The notes below the pieces were generated by a model. The model was not told the DNA's origin. It searched no databases and worked only from the letters and a program-made list of their open reading frames with translations. DNA of 64,000 nucleotides from positions 62,001-126,000 of the forward strand of contig NW_021832590.1 in the NCBI RefSeq assembly GCF_006345805.1, written 5' to 3'. Below are positions 11,596-25,798 of this stretch, piece by piece. This DNA comes from Octopus sinensis (taxonomy: Eukaryota). The position numbers and the translations under genes are program-made. How positions within the stretch are numbered: the stretch's first letter is position 1; each line of letters starts with the position of its first letter.

Positions 11596-14500
11596 ATAAA
11601 ATAGAATAGTGTTTATTGAGCAAAAAAGAAAAAGAAAAACAAGGAAGAAATCATCAGCGGGGAGATAAAAACAAGGCACCGAAGTGTCTCTTTCCATGCG
11701 TATCCCCAATACTAGTCATGTTTGACGACAATTCTCCAAGACCATCCGGATCGTGGGCACAGAGGATTCTTGTGAGTCTTTTAACCTTCCGTGAAGTTGT
11801 AAGCCAATTTCATAGCGAAACGTCTTGTCTTTTCCAACTGTTCGATCAGGTAGTCACTCTCCTCCGTACCGTACCAGCCCTCGTAGCCATATGTGAGGAC
11901 TGGCTGCACACACGTTTTGTATACGTAGATGTACGTTTCCGGATCCAGATGGAACCTGGTTAACCGCATAGCGACTCCCTCTCCGCAACCATGAAATGGT
12001 GCTCTTCTCCGGTGCTAGGGTCAATCCCTTCTCTATAGTCCACATCTTTAGCGTTGCAATGTATGATTTCAGTCGTCTCCAAGACTGCGATATCCTTTTC
12101 GAGGTATCCATGACCAGGATATCGTCAGCATAGATAACGAGCTTGCCAGTACGTGTCGACGGCAGAGGAATGTCCGCCAAGAAGAGGTTGAACAGAAGTG
12201 GACTCAAGATAGATCCCTGCGGGACTCCCCTTCTAAGTTCCACACACCCCGATAGGCGGTTTCCACAGCGGACAAATGATTGTCTTCCTGACAAGAAGCT
12301 CTCCAGCCATCGATAGGTCTTTACCCCGGCTCCGATGTCATGGATTCTGGAGAGTAGGCCCAGGTGCCACACGCTATCAAAGGCTTTGGCCAAATCTAGA
12401 CACACCACAGTTAGCCATGCTTCATTTCTGTCAGCACGGGATAATTGGTGCTCTAACTCCCTAAGGCAGTCCCCTGTGGATCTTCCTTCACGAAATCCCC
12501 ATTGTTCGGGTAAAAGAAAATTTTGTGATTCTATATGATCAGAGAGTCTGTTAAAGACAATCTTTTCCATTGTCTTAGAGAAATAATAATAATTGTCTTA
12601 GAGAAAGCACAAATGAGGCTAATTGGCCGGTAGTTCTTTGCTAGCAGTGTCGATTTACCAGATTTTGGAATCATTCGAACAATCGTATGCTTCCACGCCG
12701 ATGGAAGGTGTCCGAACGTCCAGCTGGCGTGAAACAACATAGTCAGTGCTCGTATCAAGATTTCAGGGGCCTTCTTTAACAACTTCGGAGGGATGTAGTC
12801 GAAGCCAGGCGCCTTGTTCTTCAACCCAGCAATTGCCCTTTCAACCTCTTCCTGTGTTATCGCCCCACATAATGGTCCCTCCGATAATTGCAAAGAGCCA
12901 AGCTTCTTCACAATTCGGTCATAAGTCCCTCGTGGAACGGTAGATTCGACCTCTTGAACCTGACTGAGTTGGTTCCTGAGTACTTCCGGGATACGATCCG
13001 ACATCTTCTTCTGCGATTTTCCAGGGTACCTTTCGTTCTGATCAGAGTGACAAGTTTCGAATTCATCCGCTTTTGCGTTCCTTTGGGTTTCCATACATTT
13101 TTTAATGCATAAACATCCAGGAATTTTATGATTGACGATCTAAGGTGATCATCGAGATTGTCAATATCATCTCTGCTTCTCAGAGGCTGGGACACGACAT
13201 TTCGAAGAGAATCCCGCATATATGATTCGAATAAACTCCAGTTCATGTTCACGAGGTTGTAACCAATGAACAAGTCCTCCGTAACATTCATAGTCATCTT
13301 TATCGACATCGTTTGCGGCACGTGGTCAGAGCCAATGTCCGCTTCCAACCTCGGTATGTAACATAAAGGACTAATTGATGCCGAGCATAGAAAGAGACGA
13401 TCAGCCCTGCCTCTGTCTGCATAATGATTCAGTTCTTCCGATGTAGAGACCGAAAAACCCAAGCTACTGGCCAAGTCCTCAAGGACAGTTCCATCCATAT
13501 TCGTAGTTTCACATTCATAACTCACATTTTTGGCATTAAGATCTCCTGCTAGGATTGACAGGCAATTTTCCTCAAAGAACGTCCCAATAACGTTTGAATA
13601 GCGCCTTAGCGACTTTGAGTACATTCCCCCGACAGTTAGCCAGCCAGCAGTCGTGTGCAACTCGAGCACAATAAGTTCACAGAGTGACTCCTCCACAATT
13701 CTGATGTTTCTTACCTTAAGGTTCGCCCTGTAGTAGACTGAGGTTCCTGTTCCCGCCACTGAGTTTATTTTCCATGGTATATTAATAGACTTATAGCCTT
13801 CGAATTCCACCCTCGTACCTTCCTTCAGCTTAGTCTCATTGATAATCAATATGTGAGACTTCGCTGTGGTCAGCAGGAGCCTCAGCTCCGATGCCCGTCT
13901 CGCAAGCGAGCGGGCATTTAGAATTGTCAGAGCGAGGAATCCTTCCGACATGGGTGGCTGACCTCCCGTGGGAGCGCCACCTTTTTCGGTAAAGGGGGTC
14001 TGCCTCCTTTCCGTTTGCCACCGGTTTCAGCCGGCTCTGGAGGCGTCCCATCGTCCTCCAGCCGGGCTTCGGGGCTTGGCAGCTGAACTCCAGATTTTGC
14101 TACTGCGGTTTTCTTCACTGCTCTCGCCTTCGGGGCGGCGGGTTTTGTTTCTGGGCATGGGTCCGTTTGGATTCCCGTGTTAATGAAGCAGGTCTGACTT
14201 CCGGATTCGATCCAGTTCTTGACGATAACGTCAGTTTGAACACCAATATCGCATTTCGGATTAAGTAACTTCTTCGACCAAGACATTTGTATGCCAGACA
14301 TTTGTATTGCATTTACACGATTTCCCTTAGTAGGAGTCACTTCCAGTTTCTTCTTTGTCGATTGTTTTGCCACCGGACAGCCCAACCAGTTCGCCCGGTG
14401 TCCATGTGATCCGCAGTTGATGCACGGGAGTTTGACGTGTGTTCCGATCGTACATTGGGTGCGATCGTGTGCATCACCACACAACAAACAGCGCACTGTC

Positions 14501-15109
14501 TCCTTACAGTATAACGAGATGTGTCCAAATTTGTAACACCGATAGCATTGCCTCTCAGGATTTTTGTACCAGGTAAAACGGATTTGGTTGAAGACAATTT
14601 TGAGACCTAGGGTGATCAACGACTGTGCTTCGTTTCTGTCCTGGATAGTAAGCTTGCCAAGTGGCAGATATTTCGCATTTTTACTAAATCTCTCCAGTTT
14701 GAACCCTGGAGATAGCACTTTCGACAAAAGCCTGTGTAGATCCTCGTTATCAACCCAAAAAGGTAGATTCCTCATCATTAAGTTCGAATCCCTGGGTGTT
14801 CGGTGCTCTATTGTGTGCCCATTGTCACCAAAAAGGAGGCTTCATTTCCCAATCGTTTTTAAAAGACTCGAAATCCAGTTCCGAATTAAAGACAAGTTCG
14901 TATGAGCCATCAAAGCGACGGGAGATTCTCGCCTTGAGGGCAGTTTTCGAATTACAGACGATATTGGCTACCTCAATTGAATCAAAAGAGGTGTTTGACA
15001 CACGTACAATTATCGACACTTTCGGATTTTCTTTTTCTTGTTTGAAATTAACATTAATTTTGCTATTTGCAATTTTACTATTTGCACAACCAGAAACGAA
15101 ACGCACGTC
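11596..15109 (-). mobile_element. Full-length Jockey/I-like LINE (ORF1 gag, ORF2 APE-RT), frameshifted
   Basis: 15-bp TSD TTTAAATTAGTTTTT (11581-11595 and 15110-15124); ORF1 with three CCHC knuckles; APE GDLNAK and SDH; RT GVPQGSILSP and YADD; AATAAA near 3' end; no RNase H seen. Confidence 0.9.
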
Positions 15110-15256
15110 TTTAAATTAGTTTTTGTTCATGTACTTAAATAATTTAAAAATTGATTATTTAATGTTGGTAAGGCTAAATCTATTGCAAAATTTTTAGCGT
15201 TATAGATTTGTTTCTTGTAGTGTTTTTATATACGATGTGCCAAAGATTCTTTAGAG

Positions 15257-16350
15257 CAGGCATTCTCAACCTTTTTTTGTTCATCGCCCCCTTAGATATT
15301 TTATCACCCCCCTTTGAAATTTTATCGCCCCCTTGTCCACATACAATTTAAAAATTTTTGGTCATTGTCCCTTAATTGGTTGTTTTTTGTATATAACTCA
15401 AAAATCAAAATATAAAATAATAAATCAAATGTAAAAAATTGAATTTTTATTAAAAATTATTAGTGAGACCCTTGATATTGATGTTTACTCGCTAAATATT
15501 CTATGTCGGGTTTAATTCTGCTCAACTTTAGGCGTATATCGCCTCTATAACACACTTCCAGTCTATTTCTTTCACATTGTGTATTATGATTGACAAAACT
15601 AAATCCACTTTCAACTAAATAAGTGGTAGGGAATGTCAATAGTACATTACTCATTTCCTTCCATAAATTTGGAAATTTCATTTGTAGATCTTTTGATTGC
15701 CAAAATTTAGAGATACAATCCTGTTGAAATCTGTGAATATATTCTTCATTATATTTCAATTCAATTATCTCTGCTTGGATTGTTTCGTTCATATCTTCTG
15801 GCACAAATGAAAACGGATCAATCATCCATCATGTACTGGCTTTGTGAATAACGATTTGATCGTTTTCTTATTTTCAAAATTGTATTCTAAATTTTGAAAA
15901 TATTCAATCGGCTTTGACATTTTATCCGGGTGCTTGCGTTTTAGATGATCCTGTAATCGTGATGGCTTCATCGCCTCATTTGAGAAAGAACATTGACAAA
16001 TAAGACAATAAGGCTGTTTTGTATCTTCAGTACTTTGAATAAACCCATATTTTAAATATTCGTTTTGATAATGACGACTTTTCTTATTTGAGCGAGAAGA
16101 CATGTTAGATACCAAACAAGAATGTAAAAACAGCGTGCTATTCTAAATATAAAATTTAAGGATAAACACTATAGAAAAAATATTAATAAATCTGAAACAT
16201 TATTAAAATTAACATGTATAAATACTTGTATTATATTAAAATTCGAATATTTTATTAAATATATTATCGCCCCCCTGTAAAAAGTTATCGCCCCCCTGTA
16301 CAAAATTTTCGCCCCTAGGGGGGCGATTCGCCCCCGGTTGAGAACACCTG
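15257..16350 (-). mobile_element. hAT (Buster/Charlie-like) internal-deletion derivative
   Basis: 15-bp TIR CAGG(CA/TG)TTCTCAACC, 8-bp TSD CTTTAGAG, subterminal ATCGCCCCC repeats; BED-like finger joined directly to the C-terminal dimerisation region. Confidence 0.92.
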
Positions 16351-16543
16351 CTTTAGAGTATCAAATTTTCGAACAACTCTTCAAAAACACGGTTTTGTTA
16401 ATTTCTTGGACGTAGGAAGATGGCACGAAGACCTGCTGCAGCTCAGAATCTCATGAGTAAAGCTGTTGGGCGATTGTTTGCTCTCGACGTCATTTCTGAG
16501 CTATTTGGGAGCATTCAGCCACGAGTAAAGACACGAAATACTG

Positions 16544-17878
16544 GGTAATCTACAATTTTAGTCAATGTATGAATCTCGACGTATAAAGAACAGACTTAAA
16601 TTATTTTTTCATTATTTTTTAATTTAATTTTAATGGGATTGTCTATTGGATTTTCATATTTTTTAAGAATAAAAATTAAGCCGAAAAATCGTATTTGCTA
16701 ACTATTAGGAGCAGAAATTCTTGGAATATCTTCTCTTTATCAACTAAAGAGGTCCGCCACGTGAATTCGTCCAAATAAGACTCAAATAACGATCGCGATG
16801 TTCCTAAAATAAATTTACGAGTTTTACCAAATTGTCTTTTTAGCTTTCTCTTCACTCGCATCCATGTGTTCTTAATATTTTGAGTATGGATAGAGCGGTC
16901 CAAAGGGTCAACAAAATGCTCGGACTGATTTATCACAGAATGTGAATAAAACCCTCCTCCAATCTGCGCAATCCCATTATAGGCTGCCCAACCATCAGTA
17001 ATGATATGGGTGCCGGGAAGTACGCGTCGAACAATGACTTCATTAAGTGTTTCCGCTGTTCTGTCTAAAGGATAAATGGAAAAAAGAACCTGCAACTTCT
17101 TCAAAAAAGCACTTTCTAGTTTCCCTATCTATTCCACCCAATACCCAATGGCCTGGTCGCCAATGACCTCGATGGAACTCTTCGATTTCCACTATCGACT
17201 CTTCTAAAAATTAAAATTAAATGAATTACGTAATATATCTTCATTAATTACGAGTCCCCCAAGTTTAATAGGAGCATTTGCAAGAGACACCGTAATAAGT
17301 TCTCTGCAAAAGTTCGTCCAATCTGTAATCGTATTTTGCGAAATTTCTAGTTCGTACGAGATGAGATTTCCCCGGTAATTTAATGCCCACATATACGTAA
17401 GCATCAAAATTTTCGCTAACGGTAAATGACTTCCTAAAATTAGTTTAAGGATCACTTACTGCAAAACCAGCTGTTCGTTCTTATACTTCGAGAAGTATTG
17501 CATGGAATACATAACCAAATTGCGTTGTCCACGTTTCTTCTTGACTTAGATAAACGACAGCGTCTCTATTTGTGAGAATATAGGTCTTACTTTACAGCGG
17601 ACGCATTTCATTGTGTTAGAGATCAACCGCCTCTCTGCGCACCAAATTACACACTCTTCTATATTCTCGCCGAAGAGCCTGTTTAAAGACGAAAAACGGT
17701 TATATTCCTGCATTATTTGCTCATCAGACTTGATTGCAGCCGCATCAACAATAGACAATCCCATTTAAAATTAAACAATCCCATTAAAATTAAATTAAAT
17801 TAAAAAATAATGAACAAATAATTTAAGTCTATTGTTTATACGTCGAGATTTATACATTGACTAAAATTGTAGATTACC
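16544..17878 (-). mobile_element. Merlin (ISXO2/IS1595-like) DNA transposon with three micro-introns
   Basis: ~105-bp TIRs starting GGTAATCTAC, 8-bp TSD AAATACTG; DRTAETL, IITDGWAAY, HTQNI, YLDEF motifs; introns 17434-17459, 17204-17229, 17065-17089. Confidence 0.9.
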
Positions 17879-18465
17879 AAATACTGTATCAAATGTGGTT
17901 GGAGGACGTGATCAGACGAGACATTTCTAAGTCAGCCGTTCAGAGTCTGAATTGTTAATAAACGACGTGGAAATCAGTCGGTAGTCTCAAACGAGTCGAA
18001 AAGTAGGTGGACGTCTGAAAACCTGCCTCTCAACGAACTTTCGATTCAAAATGGAATGCTGACTACAATGTCGAGCAGATATGCGCATTGATCCCCAGCA
18101 ACAAGCACTCAACTGGATCAAAAAGAAGAAAAGAACAACCTGAAGGTATCTTCGAGCAATAATGCAGATCTGCACATTCAACGACCATGATTTATGAAAC
18201 AACTCGACCTAGCGATTAAATATGGTTTCCCGGTCTTGTTTAAAGACGTTGATGAGTTCATTGATTTAATCATTCGCTAACGTAGTCGAGAAGAAAATCA
18301 TCGGTCTGTGTTAATGGTCATTCTCAGGCAACATGGGGAGGGAATTTATTATCTTGGGTGACAAGGAAATCGACTATGACCCCAACTTTCGCTTATACAT
18401 CAACTCCAAACTCCCCAATCCAAAGTACGGTCCAGTATTTTCGGCAAAATGATTGTGATCAACTA

Positions 18466-19185
18466 CAGTGTACGTTTTCGAAAAATTTCCGAGGAAAATA
18501 GGATTTTTCAACATATCTGGGAAGAAAAATATTTCATTATTGAGGTAAATGGAAAGGCTCTTTGCCTAATATGCAATTCTATTATTTTAACTTTAAAAAC
18601 GTTTACAATCAAACGGCACTACCGTTCCCACTCTATTATTTATGGCATATTTACTGGTGTTTCTCAGACGAAAAAACTAAAACAAATAAAAGAAGATTAT
18701 TTAAAGTGATAATTGAAGATACAAATTCGCAATTTGATGCAAGATTTAATTTAAGCTGACAAAGCTTTAAAGAAGGTGCAAATTCAATGAGATTATTTGC
18801 ATTTCCATTAATTATGAAAAGTGGTTTCAGACATTTACTAACTGGAATTGATTGATTTTCAAAATGATGTTGAACTGAAAAGTTTGTTCAGCAACATTTC
18901 AATAATTGACTTTTATTCGAGAATTCCAGAGAACCGAATTCCGAATCTAGTCAATAATGAAAAGAAAAATTTAGCTATGTTTGGATCAACATATATCTGC
19001 GAAGCGACATTTAGTAAACTTGTTCGAATTAAAACAAAGTTTCGCAGCAGATTGACTGATAGTCATCTAAGTAATTTGTTACGTACTTCAACTAGTAAAA
19101 TTAAACCTAATTTTGATTATTTAGTTAATAAATAATTGTTAAAAATTATTTGCGGCCCCTGAATAAAGAAGCTTGACAATCACTG
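18466..19185 (+). mobile_element. hAT (GTF2IRD2/SPIN-like) deletion remnant inserted in DNAH10
   Basis: WEEKYFIIEVNGKALCLIC and MFGSTYICEATFS; right TIR ends CACTG followed by AACTACAC; left end only AACTA-CAGTG. Confidence 0.8.
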
Positions 19186-20268
19186 AACTACACAGTCACT
19201 CTCCAAGCAAGTATTTCGTGTCGTTTTATCAAAGGGACTTAAGGACAAACTGCTCAGTGTGTTAGTCAAGTTTGAGCGGCGCGAGTTAAAGGAAAAGCGT
19301 GAGAGACTGATTCAGTAAACAAGGCAATCATTCCAGGGCCTTAAGGTTTAGTGAGAATAAAAATTTGCTCAAAGATTTGGAGGAGTCGCTTTTACGGGAA
19401 TTGACGACGTCGACAGAGAGAAGTATTATCCAAACTGAAAAACGGGGCCATAACTTTTCGCGACATCGAGAAATTGGGTGATGGATACAGACCCGTAGCG
19501 AGAAGAGGGGCCATTCTCTTTTTCGTGCTCGCAGAACTATCGCTGGTCAATTCAATGCACCAGTACTCACTGTCTGTCTTCCTCGACGTGTTCCAATTCT
19601 CACTGAAAAAAAGTTTGCCCGACTCCAAATTCAAGAAGAGGGTTGAAAACATAATCAATTGCCTCACAGGTGCACTTGTACACCCTTTTTGTTTAATCAC
19701 AGTCATTTTCGAAAAACACAAACTTCTTTTTTCGTTTTAAATTGCGGTCAGAATCTTGGAAAATGTCGGAGAAATAAAGCAAGAGGAAATCGACTTTTTC
19801 CTTAAAGTAGATTGTTGGTGCAAATGACAGGGAAAAAGAGTATGACCCCAAAACCATTTGAATGGCTCAAGGACATCAACTGGGAAGACATTGTGCGTCT
19901 ATAGAAATCGGCGGTAACACTTTTTTCAATTTACTGGCTGAAATTTCGAATAACGAGGAAATTCCTTTTCATGAGTCAGGGCCAGGAACATGTATGGGAT
20001 TGTCTCCACAGCCATAGATCAGCACTTGGAAGTAGCAGTCCAGCGGGGTCATTGGCTAATGTTCCAGAACTGCCATTTGTTGGTGGACTGGCTTAAAACA
20101 CTGGAAGAAAATTTGGAAAAAATCATCAAACCACACCCCGAGTTTAGACTTTGGATTACGACCAAGCCCACCGAACTGTTCCCGTTCGGGATTCTGCAAA
20201 GGTCGATGACTGTGTGATGGGAACTACTTTTCAGGTCGTGACGTTCTGAATTTGCACGGAACATATGT

Positions 20269-22655
20269 TGTGACATGGGCGGCTGGATACGTATGGGCAA
20301 CCGGTTACCTGACGTGACCTTGAAGCTTAACTTAATGTCAATATTGTATTAATATTAAACTTCAAAGAATAATAACTTGTTAATTATTTTTTAAGTCTGG
20401 ACATTGGCACAATCGAAATTTTGCTCATCGAATTTTTTATCTATTAAATTTAAATTTTAAACTACCTCAACGCGATTGTTCGATAAAATACTGATAATTT
20501 CTGCAGATGGATAATATGGAGATTCAAACTTATCCAGTCGCAACGAAGGATTTGTTCCAAAGTTTTTTTAACTCGAACCTAAACATTAATTTTTATGGCA
20601 TACCTTATCACCAACACTAAATTCATACTTACTATTGTGACATTCATTTTTCTGTTCATCGCTTGTAATAATTAGAATTAGGATCAATGGGGTTGATTTC
20701 GAACTGAAATCTTTTCGGACTTGTAAACGAATAATTACAGTCATCTACATCAGGGGTTCTCAACCTTTTAGCTCAAGGGCCAAATCAATAATTAAGATTA
20801 GCTTCGCGGGCCGCACAAAAAATATTTTATATTATTTTTATATTTTCCATTTTACTAAATATTGATTCGCATAAATATGTAGATTCATATATGCATTGTG
20901 TGTTATATTTTTGAATTTGTCTTAGGAATTAATTCGTAAAATTAACAATGGACGCATTTTTGAACAATGCCGCCATGTTGTAAATTAATGAGTTCTAGTT
21001 GAAACTTTGCAGGCGCATCCTTAATTTCCACGCTGAATGATTTGGATTTTGCGAATATTTTCATTAAAGGAAGGATTCTTTAAAATTCTAAAAATTAAAT
21101 TTATATAAATGTACCCCAAAACGTGCTTCAAATTGATTAATGAATCACCAATTATGGTATGTTTTACCTTAAGAATGAATAATTAAATTTAAACATTATT
21201 AAAAAATTAAAAAGTTAGTTACTTAGAGGGGCCGCAAAAAAAATCCTGGGGCCCAATGCGGCCCCGGGGGGCGCATTTTGAGAACCGCTGATCTACATAT
21301 AGAAATTCAAATTACATGAATTTTCAATTGGACTCGGACAATTGTTTGCATCATCGACTTGATCAGGACTCAACAAATCATTACTTGAATTATCTAAGGA
21401 ATAATTTTATAATTACAACCATAAAATATTGTATTTATTCCACTTATTCCCCGGTATCTTTCAAAAGGGCTCTCATTAGAAGATGAGTGGACAGAAATGT
21501 TATAACTGTACACTGCATTTTCTAATTTTTCCAGCACTTTTTATTATCATTGTCGATCATTTTTGCCATTTTTTCTTGTAATTGACTGGTTGAAGCGTTC
21601 GACAATCCATTGTGAGCGGGGATTGTTTGGCCTTCCGTGAATTCGTTTGATATTGAATTCCTCACATAGATTGGTCATTTCACGATTCTTGAATTCAGTC
21701 CCATTATCGGACTGAAGAAATTGACACGGACCATTTAAGAAAAAATGATCTAAGGTTTTCACAAACTTCATTTGAGGACTTAGTGTAGAGCAGCCTCGCA
21801 AATGCAATCTATAAAAATTGTTAAAAAAACTAACCTGCTATATACGTCAATGACCGTTAAAATCCATTTAAAATTTTTATTTATAGTAGAAAAACTTTTC
21901 AGATCTATAAGATCTATCTGAAATCTTTCATTTGGCAAGATGCAAAGACATAGTTATTTTATCTCCAATCTAGGATTTAAAAAGTTAAAACTTTTAAGGG
22001 TCGCGCAAATTTACAAATTTCACACAGTTTCGAATGACTTTTCGAATAATCTCGTTTTTAACTGTGAATATCGTTGTCGACATTCATATTCAATTTTGTT
22101 AACTCCTCCATGCGAGAAGTCATGCAAACTATTAGCAACGATCTCCATTTCGGGTTCATTGTCTAGGCAAATACTAGCTTGTGATCTGAATTCGCACATT
22201 TAAGATACAATCTATACATTTACAATTTGTATGATACCTTTCATTAATTACAGTAAAATTTTCAATTTTCTTAACTAGTCTATATTTTTTTTGCTTTGTA
22301 AGATTTCAGGAAATTTATCCTGTAAAGCATCTTTTAAAATTTGATATTCCAAACTATTCTTTACATAACCTTCTACGAGGACATTGCTGCAAAATATACT
22401 TGCACGCTAGAAATAACTCAAGAAATTTAGGTTTTCCACCAAAAAAAATTAATTTCTGATAATAAATTCCTAAAAATATAATTTTTTGTCAAAATGAGAG
22501 AGTCTTTAGCTAATTTAGTAAATTATTAAATGATAAGAATGAGTCGCGGTCTAATTAAAAGATTTATAATTTAATCCCATCAATGTCATAATTGCACATT
22601 TCAAGGTCACGTCAGGTATCGCGCGGCCCATAGGTATCGCGCAAACCATGTCACA
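20269..22655 (-). mobile_element. Ginger2/TDD-type integrase DNA transposon inserted in DNAH10
   Basis: TGT...ACA termini, ~50-bp imperfect TIRs (core TACCTGACGTGACCTTGAA), 5-bp TSD TATGT; H2C2 finger, QIDLID, QSDNGTEF, VERFN; 26-nt intron 21809-21834. Confidence 0.85.
20751..21290. mobile_element. hAT MITE nested in the Ginger element
   Basis: TIR CAG(G/C)GGTTCTCAA, 8-bp TSD ATCTACAT, no ORF. Confidence 0.9.
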
Positions 22656-22976
22656 TATGTCAAGATCTCGGACAGTGCACTGAGGAAATGCACGCACTCA
22701 GCGTTCAATCCGTTGGTGTTTGTCCTGTCTTTTTTCCAAGAAAGTATGGCAAAATTGGGTGGAACATCTTCTATGAGTTTAACGACTCGGATTTTCCAGT
22801 CTGCTTCGACTTTCTCAAGACATATTTGGACAAAGAGAGGGATTCGAGTAAAAACGAAGAAATTCTAATTTCCGGTTGGTGAATTCTACGATGTTTTTTG
22901 TTGGTATCATTTTTCAAAAGATCGAATAAATTTGTTTATACTTTATTTATAATTTAATAGTCGGACAATTATGATT

Positions 22977-25798
22977 TGGAGTATTTTGCATTTTGCCATC
23001 CAGCTCTTTGATATGTCTCAAACATGTTCTATTCGATCGAGGCCTTTTACTATTGCTTCTTTTAATGTCAGAGGACTATCAGCGAAGTCAAAACGGAATA
23101 CCTTATGCGACGACCTAGACCGTTACGGGGTCGATGTGTGCTGTCTCCAGAGACGAAGGTCGCGGAAGGGCATGATGAAGCTTATGGAAAATACCGCCTT
23201 ATATTTCTCCCCTCTGAGTGCCGACACTACGGATTGGGATTCGCTGTTCGAGTCTCGCTGGAAAAGAGGGAACTCAAAGTCTGGAGTGTTAACGACCGCA
23301 TCGCGATTCTTCAAATCAAATTGAAATCGAAAGGAAGTAAAACTTTATTCATCATCAACGTGTATGCACCCATACGGGGAGACTGTTGGCTGCTTCTGAT
23401 GAGTTGGACAAATTCTACGCAAGCCTTTCAGAATTATGCAACGTATTAAGCAAGACAACAGTCTTATTTCTGACGGGAGACTGGAATGCCAAAGCAGGCA
23501 TTAGGAAAAACGATGAAATATGCATTGGTAACTATAGAAGAGGCTATCGAAATTCTTCCGGGGAGTCCCTTGTTGGGTTTTGCCTGGCATTTGGTTTCTA
23601 TCTCTGCAATACGGCCTTTCAACATCCTGCCAGGCATAAGACGACGTAGACTGGCCATAGGAAAGACCAAAGCGGGAAGGAGATCACAATATATAATCAA
23701 ATAGATTATATACTATGTCAGAATACACACAAGGACTCTCTTATAGACTCACGCTCTTACGGAGGCGCCGCTACAAATAGCGACCACAGAATAACAGTAG
23801 CTCGGATACGTATGCAAAAAATATTTGGCAACATAGCCATTAACTATACAGCCAATACAAAACAAAGAAGGCTCGCTACGGAGGAATTGATTAACAATAC
23901 TACGAAACGGAGGAAATATCAAGATAATATCGAACAACTCATAACACAACTAAATACAGAAAAGAGACCAGACGTTCTCCTAAAAGAAGTACTCGAGAAA
24001 ATTTAACAGGCCGCGGAGGATACTGTCGGATACAGGAGTAACCGCTCAAACAATTACACATACCATGACTCAAAACTGAGAGAGATGTCAGAACAACAAA
24101 GAGACATCCGCCTGAGAATCGAAAACTGTGGTATGGAAACCAAAAAAGAGCTAAAGAATAAACGGAACAGGCTCCTTCATGAAATTAGAAACAGGGGACG
24201 CCTACTATGGATGAAATACTTAGACGATAAAGTTACTGAAATTGAAAGACTCCCACCTGGGAAGCAGATATTCATGGCCACCCGATTACTTAATCGAGGT
24301 TCACGAAATATCAAAATATCGATATGGGATGAATCAGAACACATGATATTGGACGATGAAGATAAAGCATCACGAATCGCCGACCACTTCAAGAGACAAC
24401 TCCAAACAGATGACACTTATACACCCACATTCATTGGTCATCCGCGAGGCTTATTGAACGAAATAACAACCTCGGAGGTCCTGGAAGCATTTCACCGTAT
24501 GAACAATAACAGAGCTGCAGAATATGATGGAGTCCCAGGTGAACTACTCAAATACGCTCCTAACAGTCTAGCGAGCTCTTTCGCACAGATACTGAACAAG
24601 GCGTTTGCCCAACACTGCCCACTTCCAATTGGGACAGGAATAATAATACCCGTCCAGAAACCGGGAAAACGACGGGGACCCTGTGGAAGCTTGAGACCGG
24701 TTGTACTAGTCACCTCTCTAAGGAAAACTCTATCGACTATTGTTCGAAGCCGAATATCAAGATCAGTTGATCGTTATCTCTCTTGCAGTCAGAGTGGCTT
24801 CAGGCCTGGAAGATCCACGGCCGATATTTCTTGTCAGAATTGGCCCTAAGGAGTCTAGACTATTTCCTACAAGGACACACTATCGCCTATATTATTTATC
24901 GTCTATCTGGAGGCAGCTCTGAAAGACCTAAGAGTAGAAATTGGATGTATGGACAACCAAGTTGTGGAACTCATATACGCGGATGATCTTGATTTTATTG
25001 CGGAGGATCGGAAATTAATAAAAATTATTATGGAGAAAGCAGGAACAATTTTCGATAAATGGTCACTCAAAGTCAATGAAGAGAAAACCGAAATAACCAT
25101 CATCGAACGTATGCCAACTCTCATAGATGAGAAGTGGCGAAACGTCCGAAAACTCGGATCTCTTCTTGGCGATTCCGAAGATATTACCAGACGAAAAATA
25201 TTATCAACAATTGCACTTAAAAAACTTCAATCTATCTGGATGAGAAAAAACCAAATTTCGACTAAGATGCGCCTACGATTATATGATGCATTTGTCCGAC
25301 CTGTCCTCATTTACAACGCAGGTACTTGGGGAACATCAAAGAAAAACATAGAGCAACTTGACTCTTTCCACAGGGGTCAACTGAGAAAACTCCTCGGCTA
25401 TTCGTGGCCGAAGAAAATATCAAATGATAAATTATACAGGTTAGCTAACTGTGGGCCTATAAGTCTAAATATACCTGAAACCCGCTGGCGCCTGTTTGGA
25501 CATATTTTACGAATGAAGAAAGAAACATCTTGCAATATGGCCATGGAAGAATTTTTCGGCCATACTGAATACTCTAAATATAGAGGACGTCCAAGAGACT
25601 GTCTTCCGGGAATACTTACGAAGGAATATGGTATGATCGGAGGCCGATTGATGGATGCAAACGATCTAAACGAAATCGGAAAGAGGGCAAGACGACGGAA
25701 GGGATGGAAGGGGCTAACGACAAGAATAGTTAAAAACATGGCACAAGCGAAACCATAAACTTTGTTTACTGGCAACGCGAACGTGCATTAACTAACTA
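22977..25798 (+). mobile_element. Near full-length RTE-clade retrotransposon, frameshifted
   Basis: APE (SFNVRGL, GDWNAK) and RT (QSGFRPGRST, YADD); (TAAC)n tail; 12-bp TSD ACAATTATGATT (22965-22976 and 25799-25810). Confidence 0.92.

Larger units (their letters stand above)
16416..22850 (+). pseudogene. DNAH10: Axonemal dynein heavy chain 10 (inner arm I1/f alpha) pseudogene fragment, AAA5-AAA6 region
   Basis: [77 protein letters not shown]; stops at 16454 and 16526, frameshifts, deletions, three TE insertions, 22-28 nt introns. Confidence 0.9.

Noticed and set aside
11616-14905. Plus-strand ORFs opposite the LINE, and similar antisense ORFs over other RT genes
   Set aside because: Shadow frames of GC-richer retroelement coding sequence with no independent motifs
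15460-16115. ATGA-overlapping ORF pair as a prokaryote-style operon or two-gene system
   Set aside because: Both are parts of one hAT transposase joined out of frame by an internal deletion, between TIRs and an 8-bp TSD
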